In this document: positions 1 through 11,506 of the stretch, in pieces
Layout: the number at the start of each line of letters is the position of its first letter
Numbering within the stretch: position 1 is the stretch's first letter
From: Octopus sinensis
Taxonomy: Eukaryota
Assembly: GCF_006345805.1 (NCBI RefSeq)
Contig: NC_043010.1
Coordinates: 42,780,001-42,844,000, forward strand
Length of the DNA stretch: 64,000 nt
Direction of reading: 5' to 3'
Position numbers and translations under genes: made by a program
Notes under the pieces: generated by a model
Seen by the model: the letters and a program-made list of their open reading frames with translations, nothing else
Database searches by the model: none
What the model was told of the DNA's origin: nothing

Positions 1-1989
1 GGAAAAAAATGTAGAAAGTACAAACAAAAGTGTACTCGATACACTGGAGTAGCTAACACTACGATCGGTCATTTACAGTCTGCCCATATGGCTCACATTA
101 GGTGAAACAATTATACTAATTACAAGTTGGAGCTAGAACGAAGTATGGAACGGAAAATAAGAAGTAAATGGAAAAGGTCTGCTACAGATGAGGAACAACG
201 AAGTGAATTTGATCCGTTGTATGTGAGATATGAGAAAGATTGGCACAAGTGAATCGAGGAAGTAACTGATCGGCTGTGGATGATGTATGAAGGAGAAACA
301 TCTGTATTAGTACGGACTTGTAATGTGACTGCTTGACGCATATTTGCTGAAAATATGCTGTAATTTGACAGTGCAACTACACACGTACCAAGTGAGAGTT
401 TTCGAATCAGTTACATTGGGAACTGACATGAAACAATATCAACATGCTTGCAGAGATGTATTGCAGATACACGAAGCATATGCTGAAATTGATGACGAGG
501 AGAAACTGGACAATTCTGAGTAATCTGGTGTAATATAAGAATTATGTTACGCATTTGTTAAAAGTTCTCTGCTAATTGTGTTGTCATAATTTTAATTGCA
601 TCATTGAACAATATATTTCGTTGGTACAATGGGCAATAAATATAAATGACTTCTTGCTTAAGCAATTGTTTCATGATATTTTTGAGGAATGTTTTTTTCC
701 ATGGCCACTAGTTTTTGTCTTATACATAGATCAGGGTCATTGTTATAAACAGGTAATGCTATGCCTTTATTAGTTCAATAGTTATGCCAATTTGCGATTT
801 TGCATATAAAATGCTGGAGCACGATTGTCTAACGAATTCCTCATTCACTTCATTTTAGTGGGAAAGCAGAACAAGTGATCCCAACCCTACAACAGATTAA
901 CGTACAAAGCTCAACTGGGGTTTTCTGTGATTTATGCCACCGTCATTCGTTCAGTAAAAACCATGCCATAATGTGTACCATCATGCAAAAACCAATACAA
1001 TATTTGGTACGCTCCAATATCTAAAAGGAAAATATCTATAGTTATTTATATAGTTTAATTTTTCCAGGAAAACTATAGTTTTTCCAGTAATCCTTGAGTA
1101 GACACAAAAAAGTAACTATGTTCTCGATCTGTAAATTAGGTCTTGGACAGTTTTTCTCTAGATCTACACACTTTTTGAGAAATTCCAGTTGTGATGAACA
1201 AGTGTATGTAGGACACATGACAAAGCAGTATCTATTCGGAAACCTTTTCACAGTTATTCTGCAACCATAGAGACAATGCGAAGGGTGTGGAAAGAACAGT
1301 TCAAAAAGACCTTGGAAGCAACTTTGGTAACCACCAACCGCAACAGGTGAGACTTACTGATTTAATTCAAGTGACACCAGCTTTTTCACTAAACGTCTAA
1401 CATATACGAAGATAATAAAACAACAAATGATGAATCTATATAACACAAAACTATGCCAGCGCCGTCTGTACAACGACAGAATCTCCGTAACACATATTGA
1501 CACCTGTCTCCAAAGAATGAAACCGAGCCAGACACGCTCCTCGTCCTCATATTCTAACTAACCAAAGGGTTTAACCTTCCACTTCTGATCGAAATATAAC
1601 TCCGCACTTTTCATTCAACAGAAATCAAATCACTAAATCTAAGCTAGAAACGATACTGCAAATATTATTTTTGTTCATAGTGCTGCATCTATTCATACAT
1701 TACCGTTCTTTGTTCTACAAAAATCTGCCCGAGTTATTAGTGTACCTGCTCTAATAATATTGCGCTTATATCCTACCATACACTATTGCAGTATACTCAT
1801 GCGTTGTTTATATACCACTGCTGTATAGCAGTGTAATTCTATAATCGCACAGCTGAAGACTGATACCTTTTGTTGTCATTTGTTTTACATTGCAAACATT
1901 TAAAGTAATACTGTAGAACAATTTGAGACGAAGCATACTTACCACGGACACTTGTGAATCACATTAGTTTGCTGTCTGTAGATATAATC

Positions 1990-2200
1990 TGTGTATTTCA
2001 TATAATAAACACAATAATTACTAAACCACCACCACCAACAATTACGACTACTTTATTGCTGCAACTACCACTACTACTGCCACTACTACTGCTACCACTT
2101 CAACTAACACCACTACAACTACCATCACAACCACAACTACTAGTAGTAGTATTACTACTACCACCACCACCACTATTATTACTACTACTACTACTAGGCT
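1990..2200. repeat. Low-complexity (ACT/ACC/ACA)n trinucleotide tract
   Basis: Runs of ccaccacca/actactact; explains the spurious Leu/Pro-rich ORF 1954-2265. Confidence 0.8.
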
Positions 2201-2699
2201 GTTTAGGAGGAGAGCAAAGTGTTGCTATTCATGGCTTTCTTGCAGGCACAGTGTGTAAGAAATGAATTAGATTTAACCAGGAATTGAAACCGATTCGCGG
2301 GTTCAACGTTTCGGGAACTTCCACTTCCATCATATTACTCGACAATTCCTTCAAATATTTGATTTCTTACATATATATAGAAGATATTAGATTTCAGTTG
2401 GTGGGTGAATACGTTTCGGTACCTTTATACTTTATATGAGAAGGTGATGCGAAATTTTACTAGCCTAGGAATCGAAACCGTGGCACCGATTCGTTTACAC
2501 GAATGGTTACGACTTGGTGTTCGCTTTTCCCTTTAACGTAGACACTGTTAGTTTCACATAAAACGATTTATCCTCTCTTCTCTGTTTAGGCCCCACCGCT
2601 TCTTGGGAAATAGTAAGTCTTCGTGTTTATTTTCTTTTTTTTTTTTACGAGAATCAAAATATCAGTCAAAAGTATCAGACTCTCTCGGCTAGAAAGATC

Positions 2700-3120
2700 T
2701 ATATTTTTGGTTTTATGGTTTTATTTTTAACATCGAGGGTTCGATTCCGTCTGTATTAGATAGAGAAGGTTGGAAAATATTACCGAAAATTTTTATAAGT
2801 ATAAAAGACATAATTTGACTATCAGTTGCATAGGTAGCAACATTGATAAGCTGACTAATTAAGCCATTGTTTATTAAAATTATTTTAAATGGTGAGAAAT
2901 TAATAATCTTGATAGGATGCAAACTTGAACCTCGAGATCCATTCTTGATATATTTATGAGAATAACAGAGGAAATACCGAGACATAATTTGATAAATTTA
3001 ATTTTGATTCCGTGACGTTGATGTCATTCTGTTATCAGTAAAATACTATGATTGTTCAATAGTTATTATTAAATGTCAAAACCTGTCTTTCTCCATCCTT
3101 TGCTCGGTATCATTTGCTGC
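2700..3120 (-). pseudogene. Possible decayed Penelope-like RT fragment
   Basis: ORF 2713-2985 (KYIKNG...IKIINFSP.KIILI...SQLINV...T...IM.FI) loosely resembles the PLE RT segment YIKNS..F...I....LVSFDV.SLFTNV; weak by-eye match only. Confidence 0.3.
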
Positions 3121-4329
3121 ATGTTTACAATCGGTTAATTATGGAAGCAATCTTAATTGATGTAAAGAAATTAAAGCTTTATAAGAACCTGCTTGAAATA
3201 TGTTAATTCATTACTTTTCAAATGGCTGCTATGAGTAATGTAATTGAAAATAAAAGAAAGCACCGTAAATAAATATATAACAAAAACAGGTAATCAAGAC
3301 AAGTCCGCAACGCGGATTCGATCATACATTTGATTTTCTACCCTACACATTAACCGTAGTCAGTTTTTTTCTCCTCCTTTACGATATAGCGGTTTTGCGT
3401 CTAATCAAAATAAACAAATATAAAGGGAAAAGACTAGATTCTGTGAGTTTTAATAACAGGTCCTTTTTTTGTTTACTGTCATTAGTTTGAGGGAAAACAT
3501 TAACTCCAACCCTTACATAGCAACACTTTTAAGACGTGTATCTTAATCTGCTTGATATTTTTTAAAAATCATTACAAGGTCTGTTTTACGGAGCACTGTC
3601 ACAGACACATTGCAAATAAATTAATGATGCACTGGCACTCGTGAGAGAAGAAAGGTGAAGTGAGACAATGGGTGGTGAGAGAAACGGAGTGAAGTGTGAC
3701 AGAGAGAGAGAGAGAAGGTGAGTTGGTATAAACCGTGAACCATTGAGGGAATCTCTACAGGTCGTTCGATCTAACAGGCGTGACAAAATCATTAACTACA
3801 TCCCGTTATCTTAAAAAAGGGAACGGGTGCAGAAGATAATGCAATCCTAGATAACCCTAAAAAGACGAAATGATCACCAAATAATAAGATTCCTGACGAT
3901 AAAAGCACTAACACTCCAGTGAGTAGTTTCCATGTTGACCCTCACTCAATAAACTCGAAGATGTAAGGCTTCGAAAGCATTTGTTGGATGTCCTATTAAT
4001 AAAACTTTCACTGGCAATAAAAGCTAGTTTATGGTTTCTACTATCCTGCTCTTTTCAAGATAACGTTTAAGATGGAGTTTGGAAATTGTCAAGAAGGAAG
4101 AGATGAAGTAATTCAAGCAGCGTAGCACAGAAGCATCGACAGAAAGAAGATAAAGTTTGCAGATTGTAGGTGTACGTGGATTTATTTATCATTACTCTTT
4201 TATTATTCTTTTACTAGTTTCGGTTCGATAGCCGTGTTTATACCGAGGCACCGCCAACCGGTTACTTCTCTTTCTAGATGAAACTTAGAAGTGTGCATAT
4301 ATGAATATTGTTTTATCTATTAATGTTTA

Positions 4330-4334
4330 GATTT

Positions 4335-4369
<35 letters not shown>

Positions 4370-4370
4370 G

Positions 4371-4403
<33 letters not shown>

Positions 4404-4434
4404 GTATGTATATATATATATGTATGTATGTTTG

Positions 4435-4465
<31 letters not shown>

Positions 4466-4466
4466 G

Positions 4467-4497
<31 letters not shown>

Positions 4498-4548
4498 GTA
4501 TATATATGTATGTATGTATATATATGTGTGTATGTATGTATATATGTG

Positions 4549-4590
<42 letters not shown>

Positions 4591-4703
4591 AATGTATGTA
4601 TATATATATATACATACATTTATATACATATATATACATACATTTATATACATATATATATATATATACATACATATATATATATATAATATATATATAT
4701 AAT

Positions 4704-4739
<36 letters not shown>

Positions 4740-4740
4740 C
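4330..4740. repeat. Compound (TA)n/(TATG)n microsatellite
   Basis: Directly visible; source of the YI-rich spurious ORFs. Confidence 0.97.
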
Positions 4741-4876
4741 CGGAGTAAACACATAAATGTGAAACAAGGTGGAAAACAGAGTACTCAAATACCAGAGGTA
4801 GAGTAATACCGACGGACGGGAACGTGAAACTCCGAGTAACAGATTTTGTTGAATTTCTGCTGCTTTTAAATAAAGT
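4740..4876 (+). mobile_element. Internally deleted copy of the CCGANGA-hammerhead element family, between (TA)n tracts
   Basis: cggagtaaacacataaatgtgaaacaagg...gagtaata joined directly to ccgacggacgggaacgtgaaactccgagtaacag...aataaag; matches 43455-43610 and 44112-44406. Confidence 0.8.
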
Positions 4877-4882
4877 GTATAT

Positions 4883-4926
<44 letters not shown>

Positions 4927-5512
4927 ATATATATAATATATATATATATATAAACAGATATTCACACTCTTTGTTAAATTTAGTTGCCGGAACAATGTGA
5001 TGATTGAGATTTTGGAGAAATTGTTAGGTGGAGCCATCTGTAGGATTTCATTCATAGATTCACCAAACGGATTGTAACAATTTTATTGCTGTAGATTATT
5101 GAAAAAAATTCAGGATAGAATTATATTGATAATTATCTGCTGTGAAATTGTTTTTTAATTCTGGTCAAATTTATCTTTTTGTCTGTTACTACAAAGATGT
5201 ATTCTTTTATGATTCAAGCATATGCCTTCCCTTTGGTCTTCAATGAAGTTTGTTTACTTTAAATATTTTTCATGGAACTCAAAAACCAAAATAATTACAA
5301 ATCATAATAGCTTTATTTACTAAAATGCAATTAAATCTGATGTCTTAAAATTTATACTCTCCATATCAATTCTGAACAACTTTCAAAGATATTAATTTCT
5401 TTTGACAAAAATAATTCACATTTCAGAAGTATTTTCCATTTTGCAGCAACAACAAAAAAAAAGAAAAGAAAACCATTTACTGATGAATGCTTTTCCTTTT
5501 GTGTTTTTCCAG

Positions 5513-5659
5513 TAAAATGGCAACAGAGCATTACTGAGGATGAATTTTTTATATCATCACCAATGTTTGGAATAACATCTCTAAGTTACTGGCATGACTT
5601 TATTGAAGCTTGCAATTTGCTGTCTCATAAATGTTGTTCTTGTATTTGTTCCTCTCCAG
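5513..5659 (+). CDS. Candidate upstream coding exon (phase 1-1) of the FEM-1-like gene
   Basis: Acceptor ttttgtgtttttccag, donor ccag/gtaag; open frame KWQQSITEDEFFISSPMFGITSLSYWHDFIEACNLLSHKCCSCICSSP; phase matches the next exon. Confidence 0.55.
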
Positions 5660-6939
5660 GTAAGAAGATATATTCTAAACTTCCTTATTAATCTGTATAA
5701 AGAAAATGGTGATTATACTGAATCTGCAACAAAGTTTCAATTGAAAACTAAGATTATTTTTATCTTACTTATGCTGTTAGGAAACACGTGAAGATTACAA
5801 TGTTACAGATATTATGTCCCAGTTCCCTTCAAGTTAATAGTGTCAATCAGTCATTGAACAGGTATTTAGTTCATTATGAAAATCTGGCAAAATATGCAGA
5901 TATTAGATGTTTAATTCTGTCTCATATGAGAGATAAGCCTGAGTAATAAGATTTTATTTAAAGTTTAAAAAATAATCCCTGTTAAGAGAAGGTTCAATTA
6001 TTTATATTATATGACATTTTATGGGTTATACTCCTTGTTCAGGTATATTTAAGCTAAAAAAAAAATCCTATCACCTGCTTGGCTTTAGCAACCAGTTAAA
6101 TCTATAATTAATATTTTGATGTTTATAACTATTTTCCCATATATTGTCACACTGCAGTCCTATTCGATTATTTCAATAATCTGCAACATGAAGACCAGTT
6201 TTAATTTTTTAAAAAAAGCTTTACTTTGTAATAAAATGTACATGCTCCATGTTTTTATTACATTTTGCATCATATATGCAAAGATATCACTCCACTCACC
6301 AATCCCTATAAAATGTACTGAAACTATAATTATGTTTTTATCTCTGTTGTCATGATTGGAAGTAGGGTTTGCATGCCCTCACTCCTTCTACCCCCACACA
6401 TATACACTTGCTCATAGACACTCGATTTATAAAATAATGGGGTGGAGAGAGATTGCGAGAAAGAGGAAGCAAGCTGAGAAATAGGTAGGGGAGTTGGGTG
6501 AAAAAGAAAACTGGAGAGAGGGTAGAAGACAGGACTGGGTCAGAGAAACAGGAAGTTGGAAGGGTTTGGGAAAACACATCAGAGGAAGACCTACAGTGAA
6601 ACAAGGAAAAGATCTACAAAGGACAAGAAGCTTAGAGGGGGACCTATGATAATGTTGTTCAATATTTATATATGAATTTTGTCTTGTGTATACTAAGAAT
6701 GAAGTTCTCTTTCTTGATATTGAGATATAAGCTTGGCTTCTGCAACTTCCTTAGGATTGTACTCATTCAAACAATAAAATGTTATTCCTAAAAATGAAGT
6801 GGTGTAGAATACTTGGAGATTTGTTGTCTGTATTGAAAATCAAGTTATGCCATCCCATAATGACAATGAATCTAAGCCAATATGAAGCAACCTATGAGAA
6901 ACAATGTTGTCATATTTTATTATGTTTTCTTATTTTCAG

Positions 6940-7029
6940 ACATTGAAGACACAAGTCCTGGTAATCTAAAAGAATTCTCCTCCTCCAAAACAAACAGTAA
7001 TGATTCACTTCAGGATATTGTGATCAAAG
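6940..7029 (+). CDS. Candidate coding exon (phase 1-1, 90 nt) of the FEM-1-like gene
   Basis: Acceptor ttttcttattttcag, donor aaag/gtaaat; open frame DIEDTSPGNLKEFSSSKTNSNDSLQDIVIK; joins in frame to 11507. Confidence 0.6.
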
Positions 7030-7544
7030 GTAAATGTTGAAGTTATATTAGAAGAAAATTATTTGATTCATGCAGTGAGTTACTGATAGTATATTTTTAT
7101 ACTATTTTTATGTTAAACTTAATAATAAAATGATGGTCATAATTGAATGATTTACATTATTTCACTTTGTTTCATGGCTTTGAGTTGTACATGTGCTACT
7201 GAAGTTTACTTTTCTTTTTAACTCTTTAAGCTTGATAAAAATTGGTGTTAGTCTTTATCTTTTGCTTATAGCTAATGAAAGAGGAGCCCATTTTCACCTT
7301 GTATTTGTTGTTCAGAAATGATAATGCCACTCTATTCTTATCCTTTTTAAGAGAAAGTGAAAGTGATTGTCTCTTCTATAACTCTCAAGCAGTGCATCCC
7401 TAATGTGGGGTGAGGCTCAACAAATTGTCTTCAGGAATATCTCACAAACTATGAAAACAAATGACAGTGCATCCTGTTCTCACAAACAACCATCTCTCTA
7501 ACTTTGTCAACTGCCAACCTATTGCTCTCACTTTCACCTCAAAG

Positions 7545-8700
7545 GTCTAAGATCTTATGTTCCCAGCATGGTCCTTTAATTTAATACATCATACTTCCTA
7601 TTTTTTTGGTTGCAAGGCCATCCTCCCAGCCTTCTTTGCCATTTCTGTAGGCTTTATCTCCTACTTTGAAATATTTCGTTACATCTTTCATATTTCCTTT
7701 ATATCTTTTTTCTTTGGCAATAACTTATCAGAAATCAATTTTATTCTTTTCACGAACATCAACTCTGCGGGTGACTTTCCTGAATTTGTACTTGGACTGG
7801 AGGTTACTCTATATACCCTTAAGAATTTTGTTAGTGCTTGGTTGTTACTTAATTCGTTTCTAGCTTTTCTTAATGCTCTTTCGAACGTGTCCACAAATAT
7901 TTCTACCTGCCTATTTAACCTCAGGTAGTAGAGTGGAGAGAAAATATGCTTTATCGCATGCATTTTACAGAAGTTCTTGAAGTCATATCCCAAGAATTGC
8001 TTTCCATTATCAGAAACTAATGTATCTGGAGCACAGTATCACACAAACAATTCATTTTGGAACATTATAGGTATTTTAGCAGTTGTTTTATTGCACCTGC
8101 ATACCTGTGGCCACTTTGTGCAGCTGTCTACTATGATTAAGTACCATTCATCAGTCTGGCATAGTCAATATGTAACCTAGATCGTAGGTTCTCAGTCTCT
8201 GGCCACAATTGATATTTTACTAGCAGGGCTTTGGCTGCAAGTGCACGACCTCAACAAGTTCTCACCAAATTTTCAATATCCTGATCCATTGTTGACCAAC
8301 TGACATAGTTCCTCATCAGAGCTTTCATTCTTGACATTCCCCAGTGTTCGCTGTGGAATTACTGCAATACATGTTTTTGTAATGTAGTCGGTACTACAAC
8401 TCTGCGCTGACATCAGAATATCGTCGCATATTGAGAGACTACTCAAATTTGTATTTTCGTTCTGCTTATTTTTTAAAGTTTCTTTCATTTTTGTAATATA
8501 CTCATCGCCTACAGATTTCATTCTTATATCCTGTGCAATCTCAGGCAGTTCTTGGATAACATTAGTCATAATACTTTTTATTTCATTTTCTGCCTGCAGT
8601 GTGGCTATCACATTATCTTCTAGTGGTTCTGTATTTTTTGGAATTAGTCTTGATAGACAGTCCACATGACTGGTCAGTATATTTCTCTCTAGAGGGTCAT
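7545..8700 (-). mobile_element. Gypsy-type LTR retrotransposon pol relic (RNase H end, integrase)
   Basis: Frames read DCLSRLIP..ED.VIA.L..E.E and VEIFVDTFERAL.K...FLRVYRVT...GKSPAELMF, typical Gypsy pol motifs, broken by stops and frameshifts. Confidence 0.85.
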
Positions 8701-8773
8701 CATTCTATAAACAATTTGATTAATATATAGGAATCTTAACCTTTGTATTTTATGGAGGCAGATTTTGTGGGCT

Positions 8774-8894
8774 ATCATCATCATCATTTAGCAGCTGCTG
8801 TCCATGCTGGCATAGGTTGGACGGTTTGACCAGGGCTGGTAAGCTGAGGAGCTGCACCAGACTCCAGTTTGATTTAGCATGGTTTCTACAGCTG
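8774..8894 (-). mobile_element. RTE-LINE 3' tail fragment
   Basis: (cat)n tail followed by ccatgctggcataggttggacgg, shared with other copies. Confidence 0.75.
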
Positions 8895-9217
8895 AACATG
8901 TGTATTTTATATTATTTTAGGCCTATGAATATAAGTGAAACTGGGGGCATTATAAAATGTGTGTGTACACTCACGTATAAAAATGGGAATAAAAATAATA
9001 TTCAGTTTAAAAAATTGATTCAAAATTTAGAAATTTTTAAAATGTGAAAATTTTGTTTTAAATTTAAAAAAAGGGGAAAATAAAACAGAAAACTGTCTTC
9101 CAACATGCTTGCATATAAATATATATTTATGCGAGTAAGTCTGTACAGTATGTTAGAAAATCTTTTGTGAGGTTTTTTGTTGGCGATTGGGGTCATTTTA
9201 GAAATTTCTTTAGTGCT

Positions 9218-9425
9218 TCATCATCATCATTTAACGTCCGCTTTCCATGCTAGCATGGGTTGGACGATTTGACAGGTCTGGTGATCCAGACTCCAATCTG
9301 ATCTGGCAGAGTTTCTACAGCTGGATGCCCTTCCACTCAGAGAGTGTAGTGGGTGCTTTCACATGCCAACGGCATGAGGGCCAGTTTGGTGGTACTGGCA
9401 ACGGCCACGCCCAAATGGTGCTTGT
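9218..9425 (-). mobile_element. RTE-LINE 3' tail / SINE
   Basis: catcatcatttaacgtccgctttccatgctagcatgggttggac, reverse complement of the 17000-17157 tail. Confidence 0.85.
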
Positions 9426-9734
9426 TTAATATAAAGCTGTAAAAGAGGTTTTTATGCCATTACTGGAATACATTATGGTGAAGTTGGAAGGAGAGAAGGT
9501 AGTGAGATATTTACATGTTTAGCCTTTAGAAAAAACTATTGGTTTGAAATGTTTTAGATTTTTTTTAGTTGCATGAAGAGACTACTTCAATGTTTCAGTT
9601 CAGAATTTGGTTCTTCAGTGTGAAAATATAGTAGGATTCATTAGTACAAAGTCAGCAGAGTTTGTTGCTACTTTGGTATGGTTATGCATGTTAGAGTATT
9701 TACCATATATGCAAGTAAGTGTATCTTTTATATC

Positions 9735-9950
9735 TTTTATATTTTACTTGTTTCAGTCATTGACTATGCCATACTGGGGCACCATCTTAAAGTATTTTAG
9801 TCGAATGAATTAACCCCAGTACTTATTTTTTTTTTAAAGTCTGGTACTTATTCTATCAGTCACTTTTGCTGAACTGCTAAGTTACGAGGATGTAAACTCA
9901 TCAACACCAGTTGTCAAATGGTGATGAATTAGTAAATCAGACACACACAT
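9735..9950 (-). mobile_element. tRNA-derived SINE family A, 3' half
   Basis: tttcagtcattgactatgccatactggggcacc...gtaaactcatcaacaccagttgtcaa matches the 31795-32207 copy. Confidence 0.8.
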
Positions 9951-10052
9951 ATATACATATATATACACACAAACACATGCTTGCATACATACATATTTAT
10001 ATATAGTATTAATTGATAGTAGGGGATGGATTTTATTTTAGACTTTTATTAG

Positions 10053-10097
10053 ATACAACATATGTTTCGACCCATCAGTCTGGGTCTCTTCAGGTAC
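10053..10097 (-). ncRNA. Minimal type I hammerhead ribozyme motif
   Basis: Minus strand: GTAC-CTGAAGA-GACCCA gactga TGGGTC-GAAA-C atat G-TT-GTAT; stems I (4 bp), II (6 bp) and III with palindromic ATAT loop. Confidence 0.75.
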
Positions 10098-10257
10098 ATT
10101 GCTAAAGAAGTCTCACTAGATATTTTTTGTGTTGGCTGGCTTCTTGAATTTTTACATTTCTGCAATATTTTTTAGTTTTATCCATTCTCAAACTAGATGG
10201 GAATATAACAAGAAGCCAGCCATCACAAAAAATATCTAGTGAGACTTCTTTAGCAAT

Positions 10258-10300
10258 GTACCTGAAGAGACCTAGACTAATGGGTCGAAACATGTTGTAC
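10258..10300 (+). ncRNA. Minimal type I hammerhead ribozyme motif
   Basis: GTAC-CTGAAGA-GACCTA gactaa TGGGTC-GAAA-C at G-TT-GTAC; AATAAA at 10303-10308; loop III is 2 nt shorter than in the sister arm. Confidence 0.7.
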
Positions 10301-10511
10301 CTAATAAAAGTCTAATACGAAATCCATCTACGATCAATTAATACTATTACCCTAACTGCCACTATGAAGTTCCTGAAGTAGATCCAACAGAAGTGTACCA
10401 CAACTACGGATGACAGGTTGCCTAAACTGTGCCAGTGCTCTACTCAATATTGAAACACACTAATTTAATTACAATTATTTGTCTAAATTTTCTATTATAT
10501 ATATATATATA

Positions 10512-10695
10512 GTCGCCATGATAGATCGTTAGCCACTACACACATTTTTCTTTGTTTTTTCTGTGTCCCTTTCTGTAGAAGAGCATAGGCTCGAAACGTA
10601 AAAGACTTTTTCTATTCCTGAGCGTTATACTAATACATCTGTTTGTTTTCTACACCACCTGTCTTCGTCTTTTGTTTTTTTTTCTCGTGAATTCT

Positions 10696-10698
<3 letters not shown>
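10512..10698 (+). mobile_element. Short interspersed element inserted in (TA)n, with a hammerhead-like stem II-GAAA remnant
   Basis: Flanked by TA runs; gaagagcataggctcgaaacgtaaaagac...taatacatctgtttg recurs at 21865-21985. Confidence 0.7.
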
Positions 10699-10726
<28 letters not shown>

Positions 10727-10886
10727 CGATGGGCTTCTTTCAGTTTCCATCTACTAAATCTACTCACAAAGGTTTGGTCAGTTCGAGGTCATAGTAGAAG
10801 CCACTCGCCCAAGGTGTCATGCAGTGGGACTGAACCTGGAATCATGTGGTTGGGACACAAATATTTTATCATACAGCTATGCTTGC
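10727..10886 (-). mobile_element. tRNA-derived SINE family A, 5' half
   Basis: cgatgggcttctttcagtttccatctactaaatc...gcagtgggactgaacc matches family A. Confidence 0.8.
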
Positions 10887-11107
10887 ATGGCTGTGTATCA
10901 TGTTATGGTAATGAAATTATCTTGGATTAGATAACCTGAACGGTAGCCTAGATCCATGCAATGTGAAGATAGTCATAACCAGTTCTCTTATTTTAATTAT
11001 TGTTGCAGCATCCTAAGCTACACACAGCTTTGTTATAACTCTTGCAGAAAACAAAATGTACCCCTAACATGTTTATCTTCTTTTGGTTTGGTTATATAAG
11101 ATGACAT

Positions 11108-11408
11108 GTGGAGGCGCAATGGCCCAGTGGTTAGGGCAGCGGACTCGCGGTTGTAGGATCGCGGTTTCGCTTCCCAGACCGGGCGTTGTGAGTGTTTATT
11201 GAGCGAAAGCACCTGAAGCTCTACGTGGCTCCGGCAGGGGGTGGTGGCGATCCCTGCTGTACTCTTTCGCCACAACTTTCTCTCACTCTTTCTTCTGTTG
11301 GCCTGCTCGCTTAGCCAGCGGGGTGGCGTAATTTGAAGGCTAAAACAATGCGAAGCGCACTGTGACCAGCGATGTGTATCAACATCTAATAGCCTGGTCG
11401 GTCACGTG
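11108..11408 (+). mobile_element. Full-length tRNA-derived SINE (Arg-like head) with 14-bp TSD
   Basis: Head ggaggcgcaatggcccagtggttagggcagcggactcgcgg with A/B-box-like motifs; TSD atataagatgacat at 11094-11107 and 11409-11422. Confidence 0.9.
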
Positions 11409-11506
11409 ATATAAGATGACATAACAATTAGTCTACAAACTCTTGCAATCTTCATTTAATTTACTACAAATCCAATATTAACTTGGAAAATTTTTATTCA
11501 TTGCAG

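Larger units (their letters stand above)
10003..10347. mobile_element. Fold-back element (inverted arms 10003-10146 and 10209-10347), likely an inverted PLE pseudo-LTR pair
   Basis: ~140-bp arms are reverse complements around a 62-bp spacer; each arm has a hammerhead motif followed by AATAAA. Confidence 0.85.

Noticed and set aside
120-525. Coding-looking + strand frames (LHTYQVRVFESVTLGTDMKQYQHACRDVLQIHEAY...)
   Set aside because: Short, interrupted, no recognisable motif or splice support
985-1640. Possible GIY-YIG remnant (CDEQVYVGHM)
   Set aside because: A single weak motif; the flanking frames are not convincingly PLE-like
2285-2450. Two minus-strand CCGAAACG motifs resembling hammerhead ends
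   Set aside because: No CTGANGA core and no closing stem I
3885-4010. ctcgaag...cttcgaaagc...aataaaa, a pLTR/hammerhead-like string
   Set aside because: The core is non-canonical and the nearby CTGACGA is too far away to form stem II
4308-4788. Many long YI/CVY-rich ORFs here and at 20914-21891 and 27977-28993
   Set aside because: Translations of TA/TG microsatellites that lack stop codons; not genes
11108-11180. tRNA gene
   Set aside because: The tRNA-like head continues into a SINE body with a TSD, and the cloverleaf is imperfect
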